Of a stretch of 64,000 bases of DNA, positions 57,258 through 64,000 are shown piece by piece. Positions within the stretch are counted from its first letter, which is position 1; every line of letters starts with the position of its first letter. This stretch comes from the human T2T-CHM13v2.0 reference genome, Homo sapiens. The DNA lies in assembly GCF_009914755.1 (NCBI RefSeq), contig NC_060938.1. One strand, given 5' to 3'. Made by a program: the position numbers and the translations under genes. Under the pieces are notes generated by a model. The model was given only the letters and a program-made list of their open reading frames with translations. It ran no database searches and was not told the origin of the DNA.

Positions 57258-57937
57258 CAGGAACTGGCAAACCACAGCCTATGGGCCAAATTTGGCTGGT
57301 TTTTAGATGGCCTATTAGCTAATAATGGTTTTACTGTTTTAATCATGGAAAATTGTTTAAAAATATTTTGTGACATGAAAATTATAGGAAATTCAAATTT
57401 CAGTGTCTATAAATTTTCATTAGAATACAGTCACACCCATTAGTTTCATGTTTTCTGTGCCTGCTTTTAAGCTACAAGGTTCATGCCGCAAGACAGCTTT
57501 CTAAAACAGATTTGGAAACCAGGGTGATGTTACAATTGGTCAAAGCAAAAATTTAAAAAGAGACATTTAAAGATCAGGAATACTGAAATGAATTTCCAAA
57601 TGGATGCAAAACTGGCTTCTTTACTGAAGGGCAGACAAGTCAGTTGAGCTTCCACTAGACAGGATTCAGTTGCATGTCTAAAACAAGAATTCTGTTCCAT
57701 TGCTATCAGTTATCTACAATTTACAGTTACAAAATAGCTCAAAGACAAGGAAAGGCACTGAGTTCCCACAGAATCAGAATGAGATAACTCAGAGCCAAGT
57801 GAAATGGCACGTCTGCAGTTCCAGCTACTCAGCCAAATAGTTCTTCTATTTGCAAGATTGTCATAGATACTGTATGGCCTACAAAAGTGAAAATATCTAT
57901 TATCTGGCCTTCTACAGAAAAAGTTTGCCAATTCTGG
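57258..57937 (+). mobile_element. MER58B interrupted by a templated duplication
   Basis: Left part ggcaaaccacagcctatgggccaaattt...ctgcttttaagctacaa; right part gatactgtatggcctacaaaag...gaaaaagtttgccaattctg. Confidence 0.8.
57514..57832 (+). repeat. Dispersed direct copy of 56029-56349
   Basis: Collinear match of ~85% by eye, including the start of the FLAM at 56308. Confidence 0.92.
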
Positions 57938-58316
57938 CTTAGAGTGACCTTCTGTTTCAGAATAATTTCTCAGAAACACCAGAGTAAGTAGCTCAGAACG
58001 ACTTCAAGATGGCATGTCCTAAAGGCCACAGGGCTCAGAATTACTGGGGGAAATTCTGTTATTTCAGGAGACTTGGTAAAAAGGCCAAACCCCACTAGAG
58101 GCTTGAAATCCTAGCCTGAATACCACTTTGGGAAGGTTCTCCGCTAGGTTTCCCGCAATTGGCACCGCTATCACTCCATGGCTGTTCTGGTTCATGTTCT
58201 GTGGAAATCCACTTGCCTTTACCATTCTTTACAATAATTACAGCTAAGTGGTGCCTCCTGTGTGGAATTTGCCATCCCTGACCGGAACAATCTTGCACAT
58301 CGTTCTTCTTTCTCAA

Positions 58317-58335
58317 GAGCGCCCTCTGCTGGTCA
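58317..58335 (-). promoter_or_regulatory. CTCF binding motif
   Basis: Reverse complement TGACCAGCAGAGGGCGCTC matches the CTCF core CCASYAGRKGGCRS at every position, inside a repeat-free, locally CpG-retaining stretch. Confidence 0.75.
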
Positions 58336-60304
58336 GTTCTCAGAAGGCGCCACATCATCGCGTCTTTCGTCTGCAGATGCTCTTTGCAGCCAGAAGCCGA
58401 AGGTCATTTTGATCTAGAGAAGAAAGCATTTTGGCTATTGTCTCCATGGCTGTTCGAATTTTCATTCGAGTACATAGGCATTACTGCGTCAAGATGTAGA
58501 ACTTCTTCACTGTAGAAGACGCTGAGAGAACAAAACTCCCTTTGAACGCAAACCTTTGAATGCAAAGTAATAATCCCTTAGGTAAGCAGGAAAGGCCTAG
58601 GTAAGCAATGCCCTGCTGCATGCTGGATCCCCAAATTACTTGATAATAAGGCAAAGCTGAGTGCATAGTTTCCACCATAAGGAAGTCTCAATAGGAGGAA
58701 AACAGGGTCTTATTTATGAAGACTCTGACGTCTGGTTTAAGGGAGATCTTTTAATGTAGGAGAGGGAGGTTGGATTAGAATTGGGTAAGGATTGTGACAT
58801 AATAGTTTAGGATTGGTGGACACATCAAGGGAATGTGAATCTAGGAATGTAAACTGTCTGTTGATGACTTGAGACTTTCCAGAAAGTTCTCCCATGAAGC
58901 ATAAAGATTTGCAACTTGGCTCTTCCAGGGCAAGAGTCTCTGGACTAGTAAAGTTATGGTCTTCAGTGTGATGAAATAGTAAATAGCTGGTTAGGGTTCT
59001 CAGCCTCATAAGATGGTGAATGTCATCGAGGAGGCCAATTGTGAATAGGATGTGAGTGTAGCCATTGCCCTGGTGACTTAGTACAAAATGTTGGGCCCGC
59101 TCTGGGCTTCCAGCTTTGTTAGGGGTGACTGGAAGTGTGTTTATACCTCTTTCAGTATGTTTGGACATGGCAGCTCTGCAGCTATAAGGTAGTCCACTAG
59201 GAAAAGGGATGATCTTTCTAGGCTGCTACGATACTGGTTTGACATGAGCATCTATGTTAGGCTGGAAGGTGCAAAGTGAATGAGAGACAGACCCTTGGGA
59301 TCCTGCCCCAGCTGGGGAGGAGCTCTGCAGAGGCCCACATTAAAAAGCTACTGAAGGTGCACAGTGGACAGTGCCCAGGCTTGGTTGGATGTGGGGAAAA
59401 GTCAGGGAAACCTGCACATGGTTGAAGTCAAAACTGAGATTCAAAGGGTGATGGGAACTCACTAGGCTGGGAAAGGATCAAGGGAAATGCAAGAGAACAA
59501 GGGGGTTTATTGTGGAGGGTGAAATATTGACTTTTAGCCATGTTGGCTGTGAGGTAGAGAATGGGGCTAGCCCAAGAAATGCAAAATTGGAGCTTCTCTG
59601 AGAGGTGGGGATTGAACAAGTGGGTTTATACTCATGTTTAGGCAGGGAGAAAGAGGAAGGCATGGAAAATCCCTGGAAAAGCTAAAATAACCAAAGGAAA
59701 GAGCATAAATCAAGAGTAGAGGTACACACCCCCAAGGGAAAACTGTGATGCTTATGCTGCAGCATCAGTGGCTGATGAAAGCTGGCCAGCTTCAATGTTC
59801 CTATGCTTCTCTCTCTAGGGCCAGAGATTGTCAGAGGAGCCAGAAAACTATCTTGGGACATGAGCTTGTCCCAACGTCTCGGGGCCACCTGCCCAGTGGA
59901 GAGGGCCATGGACAACACAGAGGAATGTGCTTGAGAAAGGAAGGAAAAGAACTCCCCCACCTCACAGAGTAGGACCGAGGAGGACAGAGAAGGTAATTAG
60001 TTTTTGTGGAACAGAGGATTTGGCCTATTTCTTACTCCGAATTTAGTCAACTCAATGCCCGAAAGGTTGGGAAACAGGAGTGGGAAAGAAATTGTTCCAA
60101 ATGAAGGCTGCCTCTCGGGGGATCCTGCTGTGCAGGCTGCAGAAGCAGGGGTCTGCCTGGGCTGTTGCTAAGGTCTCAGGGGTTGAGCAGAAACAAATGA
60201 ATGGTCCTGAAGGGAGGAAGGACAGAGCAGTGGCCCAGGAATGGGCCCAAGTTAGGAATTCGTGTGTAGAAGTCAGCACAATGAAACCCACAAAGTTCTC
60301 TGCG

Positions 60305-60490
60305 ACAGCTGTTCTCAATCTTGAGCACATCAGAGTCACCTGTAGGGCTTGTTAAAACACAGATTGCTGGCCCAACCCTATGGCTTCAGATTCAGTAAGC
60401 CTGGGCTGGGGCTGGAGAATGTGCAATTCTAACAAGTTTCAGGTGATGCTGTTGCTGCCACTCAAGGGACCAGCACTGAGAACCATTGGT
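60305..60490. mobile_element. MER5A MITE
   Basis: cagctgttctcaatcttgagcacatcagagtcacctgtagggcttgttaaaacacagattgctgg...tgagaaccattg. Confidence 0.85.
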
Positions 60491-62019
60491 CTATGAGATC
60501 CCCAAAAGGAGTTGCTGTGGTTTGAACATCCTCCAGAAGTTCATGTGTTGAAAGCATGCTGCAGTGCAGAGAGGTGGGTCCATGTTTGCCATCCTTTAGG
60601 TAAGCAGATGAGGCTGAGCTGCCCAGCTTCACAGGCCACACTGTGGCAGAGGATCAGTGTCCCCCGGGCTCCTGAGGCGATGGAGCTCTTGTCACTTGGA
60701 TAGTGTGGGAGCAGTGGGAGTTTCCTGTATGACTAAGAGCAGTACAGCCCTGACACAGAGAACCTGTAAACCTGTGCACCAAGAACCAAAGAGTGGATAG
60801 AGATGAGAATGGCCCAGGGGACACCAATGTGGGTCTACAAGGACGTGGAAGTGATCTGCTAACTACCACTCATTCCTTGGCATGTCAGAAGTACCCCCAA
60901 ATTTAGGCACAACTCCTGAAAAAGGAGATCATAATGGATTCATCACAGATTGACGGTGATTTAACTTATAAATTGTGTGGAAAAGAAGTTCAAATCAGAA
61001 ATTAGGTTCCCATGTGTGGTCTGTTTTGTATTACTTCCCTTAGCAATGCCTGGAATGAATGAACAGCCTAGGACAGACTTTACTTCCCAGGGTGCTATCA
61101 AAGACTGCCCATCTCCAGGAGATCCATACTTTTTTTAAAAACCAAATTCCAACTATTTCCTAACTGTGAGGAAAGGGTGTGAAAATGGCAGCAGCTTTAG
61201 AAACATACTCCACTGAGCTCTAAAGTCTGAGGCTGCCGGAAAGTTGGGCTCATTGGGGAAATAGCTCAAACCCTCATTAACAATCTAAATTATTTATTCC
61301 TACCTAGTCATTAGTGGGACCAATGAGGTCAGGTCTCAGGTTCCACCAATGCCACTAGGGAAACTCTACGTGATTACAGCTGGAAAGGGAAGGATGACAG
61401 AGATTTCTTTTCCCTAGCATTTGCTAACACCCACACCCAGCACTGAATATTAGATACCGAGCACTAAATTCCCAGGAGGCTGCTGCTCTTACTCGCCAAC
61501 GCTAAAGTAGGAATGACCCAGCAAACATGAGAAATAAAGAGAAACAAGGTGTTCAAGTAGAAATGGGTATAAAGAGCAAAATTTTTCCCTTTATTATCAA
61601 ACCTCAATATAGTAGCATATTTACAATATTTTCCAGGGAGCTTTTTAAAAGAAAAGATGTATAAAGAAACTATTGTGCTTTTTCTGAGCCTAGGACAGGA
61701 ATTGAGGCCAGAATCTCACTGGAAAATTGAAAAATCTCTTTGAATTAAAAGAGTCACAGTGGTGGAGCTGGGAAGTATATGTCTTGTCTGCTAGCAGCTA
61801 TATTCCTCCCTTTCTTTCTCATGCACTTTTTCTCTCAGGCTTAGAATTTGTTTTTCTATAATTGAAAAATGATCCATGCGGCTGTTCAGCTCTTCCAGCA
61901 ATGCTGAGTTGTAAACGGGAGGTACGAAGGTGAATAGTTCATACGGATGAGTCTCAATCACCCACAATAATGGCTGAAAAGAGAGTAAAGTGTAATTTGC
62001 AAAGGATAATCCCCCCAAT

Positions 62020-62650
62020 CCATTATGCTACACCAGACAATGCAACAGCTTCTGACATTCACCGTTCCCACTCACCTCACCACTGCGATGGCTTCCTAAA
62101 CTGGTCTCCCAGCTTCTCACTCTCCACCAGCTCCCTTGTATTCTCCACACAGTACCCAGAAAGATCTTACAACCCAAGCCACAGCTTGTCACTCCTGCTT
62201 AAAACCTTCAGTGGCTTTCTGATGCACATGGAATAAAGTCCATACTCCACACCATGGCCTCCCTCCTCACTTAACAACAGTACACCCAACCCCCGGCTCA
62301 CCACCCTCCTACCTCCCTGATCTTCCTTCAGTTTCACAGAAGCAAACCCTTGCTGACAAGGGGCCTTTGTGCTCATGCTTTTGTTCATGCTCTGCCCTTT
62401 CCCCATTGGGAAATCCGGTAATAGCTCATATTTGATAGCTGGCTTAGATGTAACCTCCTCCATGAGGCCTCCTCTGACCACCCTATCTAACGTAGGTCCC
62501 TTTCTGTTTACCTCCATCTCCTTTGCCTTGCTGTTTCCTGCCTCCCTGTTGGGCTGTAACCTCCATGAAGGGGAGGATCATGTCTGTCTTCATCATTATA
62601 TCCTGAGTGTCCACCATGGTACATAGCACATGCTGAATGAATGAATGAAT
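62020..62650 (+). mobile_element. L2 3' fragment
   Basis: cactcctgcttaaaaccttcagtggcttt...ctgtaacctccatgaaggg...tgaatgaatgaatgaat tail. Confidence 0.75.
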
Positions 62651-62729
62651 GTTCTCCACCCTCGCTCTTTACCCAGGTCGGACATCCTCCTTAACTGACT
62701 CATTGTGAGCTACCTAGGCCTTTAGATGT

Positions 62730-63153
62730 TGATATAGTTTGGATGTTGTCCCCGCCCAAGTTTCACGTTGAATTGTAATCCTCAGTGTTGGAGGTGGGGT
62801 CTGATAGGAGGCCACTGAATCATAAGGGCAAATTTCTCATGGATGCTTTAGCACTATCTCCTTGGTACCGTCCTCATGACAGTGGAGTGAGTTCTCACGA
62901 GATCAGGTCATTTAAGTGTGTTCCACCTCCCCACTCTCTCTCTTTCTTGCTCCTGTTCTGGCCATGGGACACGCCTGCTCCCACTTCCCCTTCTGCCATG
63001 ATTGTAAGTTTCCTGAGGCCTCTCCAGAAGCCTAGCAGATGCCAGCACCATGCTTCCTGTACATGCAGAACCGTGAGCTAATTAAACCTTCTTTTTTTTA
63101 TAAATTACCCAATCTCAACTATTTTTATAGCAATGTGTGAGTGGCCTAATACG
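62730..63153 (+). mobile_element. MSTA-like solo LTR, complete
   Basis: tgatatagtttggatgttgtcccc...gcctaatacg; 5-bp TSD gatgt/tatgt. Confidence 0.9.
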
Positions 63154-64000
63154 TATGTCATGAACACACAATAGTTGTGTCAGACTTTGAAGTAGAAGAT
63201 AGAATATCTTGTATTCTTCATCAAAAGAGACTTTTACTTAAAATGTTCACAGGTCTGAGAGCCATGGCAGGATCAGGGCAAATCTGTAGGAGTTCACCAT
63301 CCCCTGCCCCTTCTTCAGCTGGCAGGCTGAACTCAGTGCTGTGGTTTTGGAACCCTGGCAAGTCTGAACCTAAAGTAAAGCGTGCTGTTTGGCACTCAGC
63401 TGTCAAGACAATACCTTCTACAAGTTGGTCAAAGGATTTCTGAGGAATGAGATTTCCCAGCCCTCTAAGGTCCCTGCAGTAGCAGCCCCTAATTCCTAGC
63501 ATCTTGGAGAAAGACTAGTTCTCAAGAATTTGAAACAAAGGGAAAGGTCAGGCCTTTGCAGGCATCTCAGTTAGCAGCTCTGCCTGGTGGGGGTCACTGA
63601 GGTACTAGGGAAAGGGAAGAGAGAACAGGAATATGCATGGGAGATCTGTAAAGTAGGTGATCTAAATTTGACTGTATGCTGGTCAATATCATATGACACC
63701 ATAACCTCTGCCTTATTCATTACCGGCTTTCAAGCATTCAGAGGTGGCTTTTCTGTCACTTTTGGGGGAAGAATCCACATAATCCTATCACCCAAATGTT
63801 GATCCCTGTTACTCTGCCCCCAACCCTGCCTCCCTAAACCCCTTCCTCTCCACGTTTTAGGACGCTGTATATTCCTTGTTCTCTTAGTCCTTCCAACCAC
63901 TTTTCCCATATTCCATGACTCTTCCTCCTACTCCTTAAATATGAATACTGGGTTTTCCTAGGATGAAGTCTTCAGTCCTCTTTTCTTTCCCCGTCTCCTC

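Noticed and set aside
58737-59168. 143-aa minus-strand ORF
   Set aside because: No recognisable domain or gene structure; this length is compatible with chance in 64 kb.

Overview
Human genomic DNA: dense Alu, L1, L2, MIR, MaLR and hAT repeats plus a human-specific L1HS-Ta insertion. It carries the 3' part of GNG2 (G protein gamma-2, chr14q22) on the + strand. There are two coding exons, 29697-29783 and 45602-45730, giving 71 aa that end in the CAAX box CAIL. They are separated by a 15.8-kb phase-0 GT-AG intron and followed by a ~3.1-kb 3'UTR with several poly(A) signals. The first ~29.6 kb is inferred to be upstream intron and the last ~15 kb is downstream flank with a strong CTCF motif. No other protein-coding gene is supported; the other ORFs are repeat-derived or chance. 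No new multi-gene system is evident. The most unusual signal is a set of locally templated rearrangement scars: a 514-bp inverted copy inserted into an Alu via three template switches, predicted to form a long non-Alu dsRNA in the pre-mRNA; a 45-bp pre-miRNA-like hairpin; a 155-bp tandem duplication ending in palindrome fold-backs; and a 320-bp dispersed copy inside a MER58. There is also a likely polymorphic L1HS-Ta, a tailless Alu and a possible 5S/AmnSINE1 relic. Repeat family names come from recalled consensus sequences, and their boundaries are approximate unless target-site duplications (TSDs) or terminal inverted repeats (TIRs) are given.
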